From contig JBITNC010000001.1 of the NCBI GenBank assembly GCA_050084985.1, forward strand, positions 155,310,001 through 155,374,000: a stretch of DNA of 64,000 bases, in the 5' to 3' direction. The position numbers and the translations under genes are program-made. This document shows positions 13,377 to 25,100 of this stretch, in pieces. Source of the DNA: Nageia nagi (taxonomy: Eukaryota; Plantae; Pinophyta). Position 1 is the stretch's first letter. Each line of letters begins with the position of its first letter. The notes under the pieces were generated by a model, which saw nothing but the letters and a program-made list of their open reading frames with translations, ran no database searches and was not told the origin of the DNA.

Positions 13377-14625
13377 CATGTGTGGGATTATTCACCTCAT
13401 ATGGATCATCCTTCAAGAATCCCTTAAATGTAGCTTCCTCCTCATTGTTGTCATCCTTATCCATGCTAAATAAATTTGACTAAATGGTCTTCCACCATGT
13501 AGCATAACCTCATATAGTCTTAGGTACCATGGACCTAGTTGTGGTAGCATCATGAATCTCAGGCTCCTACCAAGTCAATCTCCAAGATGGTATCACCTGC
13601 AAACCTACAAGTGTATCTCAGTATGTCATGTACATCCTATAGTATATAGGTATATGTGGAATCCCATGTTGGATCTTGAACTACCTCAAAACTCGATGAG
13701 GGAGGTAGGGCTCCACTAGCTTCTTCTTATTCTAGAGGAAGCAATCCTTTTGGACCCATGCCAAACTAGTGGGCATCTTCATCCCATATGAAATCTACAT
13801 AGGACACCCAGACTAGGTCCTCTTCCTATAATCTATCCATCTCCCTCCTTCAAGCCTCCAATGTGTGCGGGTACTATACCTACATGCCCTCAATACCTAG
13901 CAAGTAAAGGAAATATCTCCCAAATCATCCCTCCCCCTCTACAGTCCAATCGATATGATCACTAAAATCTTCTCATACACCCATACCTAAAGTAGGCTTC
14001 CATTAGCTATTGTGATGTTTAATTTATCAACACTTAAAAATTTGTAAAGGTTCCTATAGAGTTAGGCCAACAAAAGTGGTACCCACATAAACTAAGTCCC
14101 CCAAGTGCAGATCTTCTGCACTACCCACACCATACTAAGAGAAAAGGAGGAACTACTCTTATATAGGAACAAGTAGGTGGAGATGATAGAGGTAATATAT
14201 AATATAATATGCCTCCCTGTTGGTGCAAACCTACATACCTCAGCTAACCTAGTATCCCTTTGCTCGCATTCATGGTCCTCTTACCCCATGAGCAAAAGAG
14301 CCAACTACTCACACATGACATTATCTAAAACTTCAACTTGGTGTACAAGCTGACCTTAGATGGGAATTCCCCATATCTGATAAACATTAAGCAATATTAT
14401 GTCCATTTCACCTAGGGGTAGGTGAAAGGTGTTACATTCTGGGTCCCATCACTTTACCAACATTGTCAAAAGGGGCAAATCCTACTGGATGTATTTCATA
14501 ATTACTAGGTCTACCAAGTTTCATCATGAAAGGATATCATTCTCTTGATTGGTCATTTTCTAGAATCATTCCTTTTCCAAAGCCATTATGGATATAGGTC
14601 CACCTTGAATCAAGACCTTGTGATC
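13377..14625 (-). pseudogene. Plant mobile domain (PMD, aminotransferase-like / MAIN-like) pseudogene
   Basis: Reads DLPLLTMLVK*WDPECNTFHLPLGEMDIILLNVYQIWGIPI, then FMWVPLLLA*LYRNL...LL*VWVYEKI. This matches the PMD signature W.PET.TFHLP.GEMTITL.DV..I.GLPI. A TTGTAG acceptor lies at 14626-14631. Confidence 0.85.
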
Positions 14626-15711
14626 CTACAAGGAGTAATCAAAGAGAAAAATTAAAATCAAATATTAAAAGACAAATAAATTAACCTTAAAATTAAAACC
14701 TAAAATGAAAAATAAGATGGACTAATGTGTAGGGAAAAAAATTCAAACCAAAATGAAAAATAATTGATAGGAAATAAGCATATACTATGTGCTCAAAAGG
14801 GAGTATGTGAATGTATTTAGCTACATGGCCACATCATTCAATAAGTGGTCGCCAAACCCCATGCCACCCATCATCCACCATGAGGAGGGTAAAGAAGGAA
14901 AACCAAATGGTCAAATATGAATCTCACCAAGGAATCAAATGACCATGTTGGAGGAAAAAAGTGCTACTTAACATAGAGAGCAAGGGTGCACAAGAAGACA
15001 AGGTCGCTTGACATCCCAGACCACAAAGTGCTAACAAGATAATGACATAAATGAACCAAAAAGTCAACCTTATGCCTTTTATTTCCCCTTTTTTTTACAA
15101 ACCCTAAGGCTTTTATATATTCATTTTATATTGCTTGTAATTATTATTTTGTAAGTGCCACATGTTTTAAATTATTTTACAAGGCTACAGTTTATTTTTG
15201 AAAAACCAATTTTATCATTTTCACTCCATTAGCAATGTGCTTTTCATCAAATTGGTCAACAATCTAGTGTATGATGATCACAAATGGTAAAATAATTCAT
15301 TTTCATAGTTCATATTTCATATTCTATTGGAAATTATTGTCTTTCATTTTTCACTTTTATTTGTATTAAATGGATACCATCAACAACGTGGTTTATGTAT
15401 AATTGATGAAAATTCAAAATGCATTACTTTAATTCTTATTTTCATAGATGATATTAACATAATATCATGAATATTAGATGAATTTTAATTATGTAAATCC
15501 AATTTAATTAAATTTGTGTGCAATTTTTACATGTTCACATATATGTATGGTTTTTAAATGATACATACTTGAAAATTCTTATTTCAATGCTAATTGGATT
15601 GTCTATTTGTCATGAACATCAATTAATCCATTAATACATCATTAACTATGTGTAAAAGGAAATATTATGTGTGCTTTTAAATTTCTATCATGCTTTCATA
15701 TTATTAATATC

Positions 15712-15942
15712 TCAAAAAGATGAATCTTTCAATTTAAGCTTCATATCTATTAGGTTACATAGTACATAAGGCTCAAGGTTTATTGTTATTGTATGGATTT
15801 TACCCTCATGCTCAAATTTGATATAATTATGTAAGGTAGAGGGAACTTCCATCATCTCATAGATATATGGTCTCCCTAAGAGCAAGTTATAGGTGATTTT
15901 TCCATTCATTATATGGAATGAGGAATGAACTTGATGTGGCAA
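15712..15942 (-). pseudogene. Ty3/gypsy (Tat/Ogre-like) protease C-terminal remnant
   Basis: FHIMNGKITYNLLLGRPYIYEMMEVPSTLHNYIKF matches the YNLLLGRPWIH...VPSTLHQ..KF motif. Confidence 0.75.
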
Positions 15943-18680
15943 AAAACATGCCTATCAATTTATTCCAAAGGAATTAAATAGACAAATACAAACATGAATA
16001 CTATGGATTTATCACATGGTATTATTACTACTAATATTATTACTAAATACAATTACTAATCCCCATTGTTCCTTCCAACAATAGAAGCATTGGTCCCCAA
16101 TGCATCCAATGGAGAAGGTAACTAACAATGAGGAAGATGACAAGGATCAACAGAAGATAAAATACAAGAATTACATGATAAAATAATGTGGTAGAAAATT
16201 ACCAACTAAAGTACTCAAACCAAGGAAGTTTAAAGGAAATCCAATATAATAAATATGTCTCAAACTCAATCTAAAAACTAAGATCCTTAAGTTGGTGTTG
16301 TGGAAACATTGTTCCATGTAATAATGGAGATGTCATAAAAGAAACTTTTGAAGAAAAAGGTTCCTTAAGAATAATAAGGGTCTCACAAAACTCCTAATGA
16401 AAGATAAAGGAAGCATGATATGTATTAAACACAACAAGAGTAGGAGGAAATGGTGGCTCATCAAAATAAGAAAGGCTCACCAAAATAAAGTCCTCAAAAT
16501 AATTTACATGATCCATAAATGGAGGAACATCAAATAAGAAGATAAGCTTCTTATGAAGGTTAACAAAATCCCCAATATAGGGCTCAATGAATAGAGAAGT
16601 AATGTCATATAAAATGTTATCACTTGTCTCATTCGAAGATGAAAGAGTATCCATTACAATAAATTCTTCCTCTTTCAATTAAAGAGACAAGTTTTTCACA
16701 AGTTGAGATGCCACATTGATTTGATTAAGTAAATCGCTAACATCTAGTTGAGTCTTGAGAATATTAGCTTGAACAACCAATATATTTGATACATGAGCAA
16801 GATATAAATTTTGACTTGGCTAAAGTGAATGTAGCCATGATCACAAATATTTAATATTAGAAAATTCCCAACAATAGATTTGAGCTTCTCAAATTATCAG
16901 AATTGGAAATACAAACCTAGTACTTCTCACTAATTTCAAATTCGATTTCAAATGCTTGAGATATTAAATTAAATATGATAAGTAAATATTAAATTTTTAC
17001 ACCCCAAATATTTTAGAATTAATCAAATTTATTAAATAATTGAGGTAACCTCCAAATATAATAATAGTCCATTAGATTTGATGTGCTTCACTCATGATAA
17101 AGTAAACTTCTAGATTTGGAACTCTAAGAATAGAAGAAGTATGGCATGTATGCCCTTAAGGAATCCCTTGCACATTTTGCATGTCGTATAACCTAATATA
17201 AATGTAGGAAAACTCAAATAATATAATATTAGGATGAAAGGTAGATAACAAATCCTCAAATAGGTGGCATCAAGAGATACCATTTATATTCAGACTATGG
17301 ATCAAATATGAGTCGAAATATCTGATATTTGATTATCTAATAGTGAAATCTTAAGTTTGATTCTTCCTTTGTAGTTATATGTATTGAATACTTATGCTTC
17401 TTCATATCTACATGAATTACATAGCTTGTATGTTTTTCTTAATATTGATATCAATTAAATTATATATGATGCCTTTATTAACATTTTCAACACCTTTTAC
17501 AATATATTTCCTTGTTACCTAAAATATGATTTTATATTAAGTATAAATCATATTTAAGTTGATACACTCATCATCCTCTCATATTTATGCATTCCATGAA
17601 ACTATATTTGCATCATATGTTTGAAATCCTTATAGGCCAAACTTTTCACTTATATCGTTAAAGAATTCCAATAGTCAAATTTAGATAATAATTTTTAGCA
17701 ATTAAAGGTACAAAATGTGATTTGATTCAACCCAAAAGTTCTTCGTATTTTTATCCATGTACATTGAAAAATTTGTATCAACCTATAACGAAATTACTAC
17801 ATAGAATTTGGGCTCGTATGGCTGATCCAAACATAGGCACAAGATAATAGAATAAAAACAAATAAAATGATTGTACAAAATGATAAAGGAAAGAGAAAAG
17901 TACAAGTGTTACAATTATTGCACCTCCTTCTCTAGCTCTATTCTTTACAATTGTACAATATTTCTAAAAAAGAGTTAAATATCATGACTCCATACAATTA
18001 AAAAATAAGACTTTCACAAATTTATTCCATTAATATATATAGGTAATTATGTTTCTCTTGACAATATGATGTCAACAATCAACAACATTTTTTTATTTTG
18101 TATAAATATTTACTAATAGCAATTTCTAAAGAAAAATAAATGAAACAAAAGCATGAACCATGTCATTATGCAAGACTCTTTAGGTCTTCCATTACTTTAC
18201 ATCACCAATAAGAGTCACTCATTCTAATAATTCCTCCACTATTGTTATTACAACACAGAGCCACCATGTCATAATAACTTCCTCTTATTGTGTTCACTAA
18301 TTTTTGTAATTTATCAAAATCAAAATGCTTTTCCACCCCCAAATTTTAGTCTTCCTTAAAAATTCAGGTATTTCCTATGTAGTATAATACAATGGGGTTG
18401 CAAGCTACTATGATCATGGTGATAATTGTTCTTACTATGATGTTTCAATTGGTAAAAGTTAACATGAAATAAGGCCAACCATCAATACAAAAACACCACA
18501 AAAAATATTTAATAGAATCATTATCGAAGTAAGTGATTTTACTAAATCAACACTTTCACACTTCATGAGTTTTCTCAAAAATCTTTCCTACAAACATCAA
18601 AGTTTTATAAAGGAATAAGTTATAAGTATTGCTTCAAATTTTGCAATAAAGGTGTATAAATTTGAATTTGCAGCATCAAA

Positions 18681-18716
<36 letters not shown>
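18681..18716. repeat. (TAT)n microsatellite
   Basis: Directly visible. Confidence 0.95.
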
Positions 18717-18719
<3 letters not shown>

Positions 18720-19610
18720 AAAATGTAAAACTTCTTTAGCTCATCTAGTATTTATACATTATTAAACCAATTATCTTCAATATTTCATGAGAAACTATTT
18801 CACCTACTCTTTAATGGATGTCCATACCTTCTTCTAAACCTCTCATGGTGGCACATGCTAGAAGATTGTTGGAAGAGGATGCATATTTTGTCTTTACATC
18901 TAACAATTGCATCTTCTTAAAAGTCTCTAAAGCTATTTTGTACATATCTTACGATCATTATAGTCCATGAAACTATGTTTGCATCATGCATCTTGTCAAA
19001 AAATTCATGTGCCTTCTTTATGTTTCCACATTTTGCATATATATCTACCATGGAACTCACAAACATATCTTATAGAAATACATTTTTAAAGATTATTTGA
19101 TGTATGTATATACCGTATTGCAAATATCCCATTTAAGTGCATTCTTTGAGGATGATAGGAAAGGTGAATTGATTTGGTTGGACTATTGTTGTTGTTTATT
19201 ACATTTGGTGAAATAATGCCAATGCTTGTTAAGGAAAGCAATATCTTTGGTAATACGTAATTATCATATTCCATGAGAAGATACCTCATTTGATCATACA
19301 ATTGGAAATATTATGGGCATATATCAAACTTTTGCACTTGACATACATGTGCTTAATCTATTTTGCATAAATTTGTTAGTGGATCAGCCAAATTTAAGTA
19401 TGATACAATTGATGAGTGAATGGAGCTTACAATTTGGAAGGGCATTGTTGGTGATGCAAGAATATAAGATATTTGGATATGTTGAAGAGTGTAGAGAGTA
19501 CTACATATCTATATGTTTAGTAAGTAAATTTTGCATTGTGTGCTTCAATCATCCATCTCAACAAAGTTATGTGAGAGTGATATTCATATTAATGCGAAGA
19601 TTATCATTTT
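18720..19610 (-). pseudogene. PLS-class PPR pseudogene, N-terminal part
   Basis: Pieced together across frameshifts: LC*DG*LKHTMQNLLT...SSTYPNILYSCITNNAL, MYVKCKSL, FSWNMII, ALALFHQM, VQPNQFTF, SSMVDIYAKCGNIKKAHEFFDKMHDANIVSWTIMI, ACATMRGLEEGMDIH. Confidence 0.88.
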
Positions 19611-19619
19611 GATTGGTAA

Positions 19620-20270
19620 GTGAGGATATTGTATGATTGTGAAAACATGAGAAATAATATCCATTGCAATCCATGAGAATGCATCTCAATGAGGCATTTT
19701 GTTATATAATTCTAAGCCCCTTTCAATCACCTTTCAATGTATCCATTTTTTTCATATCATGTGATCATTGTAATCCATGAAATTATGCATCATGCATTTA
19801 TCAAATAATTTTATGGCTTTATGTGTTCTTATATATTTTTCATATATTAAGGTATTCACAACCATAATATTTGGTGAAAACATATTTTACCTACTCTTTG
19901 ATGGATCTCCATACCTTCTACGTGGATGGTCTAAATTTACTTTTGATGTGATTGATGAGTGAATGAAGGAGCTCACCCTCTAGAAGAGCATTGCTTGCAA
20001 TGCAGGTCTACAAGATTTAAAGATATGTTGAAGAAAAACCAGGGCACTCACAACCATAACATTGGATGATGAAAAAACATTTTCAACTACTCTTTCATGG
20101 ATGTCCATACCTTATTCTAGAGCTCCCATGGTGGCACATGTTGGAAGAATGGAGGCAAAGGTTGTAGCATAATATTTCCATTTCCTAAAATTTATATAGC
20201 CTTTTCAAAAAATCATTTTATACATAGTTTACAATCATTTTAATCCATCAAACTATGTCTGCATCATTGG
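19620..20270 (-). pseudogene. Additional rearranged PLS-PPR fragments, including a second N-terminal repeat at about 19920-20050
   Basis: EGMEIHQRV, ISWITMI, GMDIHE and IVLMD-type repeats. 19921-20050 resembles 19381-19510. Confidence 0.75.
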
Positions 20271-21312
20271 TTGGGAGGGAAATTTTTTAGGGTTGCACAA
20301 AGCCTTTCCGCTTGAATTTCCTTCCCACTCACACAAATTCTCTACACCTTTCTATATGATTTTCATCTTTTTGTAAGGTATTTTTGTAAGGCATAATTTT
20401 AAACTTCTTCTTTGTGATTTTATGGGGATAATTCAAAACTACTCCACTAAAACCCCAAAGTGAGGTGATTTAAAATTGTTGCCTCAAAATCACCTCAAAT
20501 TAGCCACCTTTAAGACTCATTTTTGGTCTAGTGAACTAACATTACTTGTACTTAGGAGAATATTTATTAAAATTATCTTAATTTATTTTATTATTTTTAG
20601 TTAACAAAATTATAACTTTAAAATAAAATGAAAATCAAAAGTAGGTATCTATAGTTTGCCCCTTTTGGAGGTGCAGTGCTAGGAACCAAGAGTACATTTC
20701 TAAAGTAAGAAAAGAAAAAGATTTATCACTTTTGAATATTATTCCATGAAAATATGATGATCTTGTTAATATCATGAGCTTGGATTTATACATTTCTAAA
20801 CTTTCTCCATGCCCCTTTTTGCTTTGGATTACTTGTGAACAAGTAATTCGAAGTAAAAATATAAATCTAAAAAAAGATAAATAAAGTGGTCTTTTAAGGG
20901 GTTATTTATCTATAAAAAGATGAATAAATATGAAAATCATAAAAAAAAATTATCTTTATTAACTAAATAAATATGTACTATAAACTATGATTATGAAAAG
21001 ATAACTACTAATTAATCATGAATCACCATAGTAAACACAAGTTAAAAATATGAGATAGGTGGTAAGAATATCTACCTAATGGATTTAGATGATCTCATCA
21101 ATATCACCATGGTGTGAATACATAGAGGATATTTTATTTCCCAAATATCAAAACATGAAATTAACATGTACCAATTGAGTTTGTGGACATCATCAATATT
21201 TAAAATTATTCTTGCTAAAAAAGAATGCAAAATATTTTCCAATTATTTGTTCAAGTTGAAAAAGTTTGAAACTTAAATGTTTTTCTCTCCAATTTTGCAT
21301 GCTCATGCTCAT

Positions 21313-21947
21313 TGTAGATGTCTAAAAATGAATTATTATTTATTAAATAATTCATTTTATAGCATCAAGAAATATTTATTGTAAAGAGGGTTAAAATATA
21401 ACCAAGGCAATGTAATCAATGTAATAGATCATGGTATAATGAATGAGGTGTCAAATATCACAAAAGACACCATAAACAATGTAATGAGAAATGATCCCAA
21501 GAACCAAAGAGGATCAAAATGTTTTTATAAAAGAATATGAAAGGCAACATAATTGATCAATAATGGTCAAGATCCAAAGAGAGAGAGAGAGAGAGAGAGT
21601 AGAACATGCAATATCATTTTACCTGACCAATAAAGGTATTTTGTAACATTGCCTATTTGTAGATTTGCTACACCCTTCATCCTTCTCTTGCGCATTTCAA
21701 TTTCTATGTGTGGATCTACATCTTTCATGTCATTAGTAGCATGCTTAGGCAATTGGTAGCATTTGTTTATTATGGTATGATATTGCGATTGATGTGTGAT
21801 TCCTATTGTTTCATTTAGATGCGGATCTATTGAAGGTACCTTATTTATCATGATCGATTGATGCCATATTTTTGATATATGCTTCAATATTATATTGTAT
21901 ATAAATACTGCATCAATTTATTATTCATTCCTTAATTATATTCTACA
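21313..21947. mobile_element. Solo LTR, 635 bp, containing a (GA)n tract at about 21579-21599
   Basis: TGTAGA...TCTACA termini and perfect TSD CTCAT at 21308-21312 and 21948-21952. Confidence 0.9.
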
Positions 21948-22149
21948 CTCATACTACTAACATTTTGTAACCTACGTCATTCCTCTTTGAATGCTTTTTG
22001 TAGTCCAAGTAGGTAGAATTTATTGATTTTGATAGGTTTAGGTATATTGTAAATGGGGTTGTTCGTTCATAATAGACTCCATTTTCATTTGGTTTGTAGT
22101 CTTTTGTATTTACATGTTCCTCTCTTATCTTGTTATTTTGGGTATATTT

Positions 22150-25100
22150 TCTTAACTGCTTTTCCTTATCAGGAGAAAAAGGGGATAGTAAGGATCTAAG
22201 ATCCACCTTTTAAAGAGGTGGTCCTTGATGTGTTTGCTTAATGATAATGGATTGTGTCAATATTTATGTTATTTTTCTTACAATCTTTCCCATACTTAGA
22301 TTAAATACTTGGTCCAATAATTCCAAAAAGTAAGCAATTACTTAATATTTGTAACTTGATTACACTAGACATGCTCAAGTTATCCAAGTTACAAGGAATA
22401 TAGTAATATATTTCACACAAGTATCTCTTCACTTATTGAATGGATATTTTTGTGTTTTTCATCTTTCTCTCCAGATGTGCAAAGACTTAGTTTGATTTTC
22501 TTGCAACTTTCTTGCTATTTGGTTAAGTGTTTGTTCCAATAGCTCCTGTCAAGTAAATAATCACTTAGATTTCTAATTTAGTTGAAGAATTCTTGCTTGA
22601 ATTATCCAAGTTACAAGTAGGTGGTGATATACTCCATGTATGTGACTTTACATTTAGTTTCTTTTAGTTTTTTATTACGAGCACTTAGTTTCTTCAGTGA
22701 TATGTTATATTGCATAGCTTGAACAACACATCACATTTCTTTCACTAACTCAAACATTGGTTGCTTTTTAAGTTTGTGAAAAGATAACTTTATCCAAGTA
22801 TAAAAAATGAATTACTACATATAGACTTGAAATTCATCCCATTACTTAAACAAGTATTGAAGAAATAAACACACATAAATTGGATGCAAAAGATTCTATC
22901 TTATTATTGCTTGCAACCTTCAATTACAATTTCTTATAAGTGTTAGAGCTCAAACTCCACCAAAGAGAGATATCTCAAAATAACTTGCATTCTGAATTTT
23001 ATAATGCTTGGAGGTGGTTACATCCTCCAAAAACCCTAACTACCTAGGAAACCCTAACCATTTGTATAACCCTAGTTTACTTTGCTAACCCTAGTTATCT
23101 CTTGAAAAGAGATTCAAAATTTGGCTAACTCCTTGAGAAGAAGGATGAAAATAAACTAAGTCCTCTTCTCAAGGTTACATTTTATTCTTGAAAATAAACT
23201 AAGTTTAGAAAAATAGGATGCAAAAATAATCTAACTTCAAAAAGTAGGACTTGAAAAATAGTCTAAGTCCTTTTTCTCATATTAGAACAATGTGCTATCA
23301 TTTACACAATTTATTCAATTCTTTGAAGTTCTTCATTCTTCTATTATAATATTTATCATCAAATCAAAGATATTTTTCTCTTTTCTCTAACTATCTCCCT
23401 TGGATATAAGTACTTCATTTGTTCTTTTTGAAGATGGTTCACCTGCAATAGGTCTCCTTTCTAGCCCAAATCTTATGAATTCACATTCGTTTATGCAATT
23501 CTCCTTTAAACACCTTCATGGGTATTGCATGTAGTTTAAACATACAAAAAATATATTTATATTAGAGGAGTAAATGAGATCTTCATATGAAAATCAAAAT
23601 GAAACTAGTAGAATACTCCCCTCTTCGCATTTCACAATTTTATCGGCTCCAAGGATGAAAGAAGGAAACTTTCTTATACATTACTATCTTGGAACTCAAA
23701 TTTTATATTTTTTTTATCGAATATACCCTTTTCATCTCTCCAATGGTTCAAATAACATGAAAAATGGAGTCCAAATGTGAAAGTTATGCCCATTTGATGG
23801 TTAGAATTTCTTCATTCTCATTCATGCAACTGAACCGCTCATCATGATTTTCTACCTTTTGGCATCATATTAGATCCTAAAACATTATGAGAATCATATC
23901 CAACATTATCTTCTTTCCAACGCATCTAATGACACTAAAAATGAAGTCCTAGTATGATAATTATGACCATTTAACCTCCTATACCCTACATTGTCGATGA
24001 CCTCATTTCTCAATCCCCAAGGTTGTTTCCTTAATTTTCTATTTTTTTCAAGAAATTTGATTTTCAAATACTTATGAGGTTGTAGCTAACCTCGTCACCT
24101 TTCCAACGGTTCAAACGGCACTAAAAACACAATCTGAATGTGAAAGTTATGGTCATTTTACGATTGCCTTTTGAGTAAACCTTCTAACTTCGTTTTAGGC
24201 TTCATATTGGTGCTTCTTTGTCATTTGAAACTAACTGCATGTTTCTCTTGATTTTTTGAATTTCGGTCAAGATAAATCATCAACAAAAGGAAGCTCAATC
24301 ATCCACCTAAGTTTTGTGAATCATTTTTCGAATTTTGTGAAGGATTGAGGACTGAGCGATTTTCAGGGTGTTGTTCCTCAAGTTTCCAGACATTTCGTCA
24401 AACACTTTGCAGCCCAACTTTGGAAGGAAGTTGTAGCTGATCTAAACTCTGCAATGAAACATCGACATATATGGTTTTAGAGCTTTGTATCTAGTTTCTA
24501 ATGCTTCTTCTGGTAAGCAATTCGGATGAGCAATGAAAGAAAACTAATCCTCTGAAAATTACAATTTTTTATTTTCCAAAATTCTTGTTTATGCATGCTT
24601 TGGCAAGGCTGGGATTGGTGAATTTATCAGTTTTAGCTATTTTTTGCTGCAAATTCCTCTGCTCTGCATTCATAAGTGATCTATATGTACCGAGTAGACA
24701 CATCAACACACCCAACTCAGAATTTCATGGATATTTTGGCAATGAATTTCAAAGCTTCCTTATGATTGCTGCACAATCAAGAAGGTGAACAGTGCATGTA
24801 TAACAATAATGCAATGAGAGTCATTCTTGTTATTAAATTGCTTACAGCCTATCTACTAGACTTGTAGAGCTGCAGGAAAGTAGAACACAGACAAATTTTA
24901 TGTTGTTAGGCTGATTTCTATGTGCTTCATCCGATTAAAGAGTTTATGGGCATTTTCCTTGCAGCCATTTCAAAATACCAATTCGTACATATCCAGCAAC
25001 AATTGCAATCCATTAAACTTTCTATCTGTAACATGCGTCTTTGCCAAACAATTCCAGCCCTTATGGATTCTTCCAAATTCTGTACACATGTATATCAAAG

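Noticed and set aside
19313-19612. Plus-strand ORF with a 'GRALLV' stretch resembling a PPR E-domain
   Set aside because: The minus strand gives a better, continuous match to a PPR N-terminal repeat; the plus ORF is its antisense shadow.
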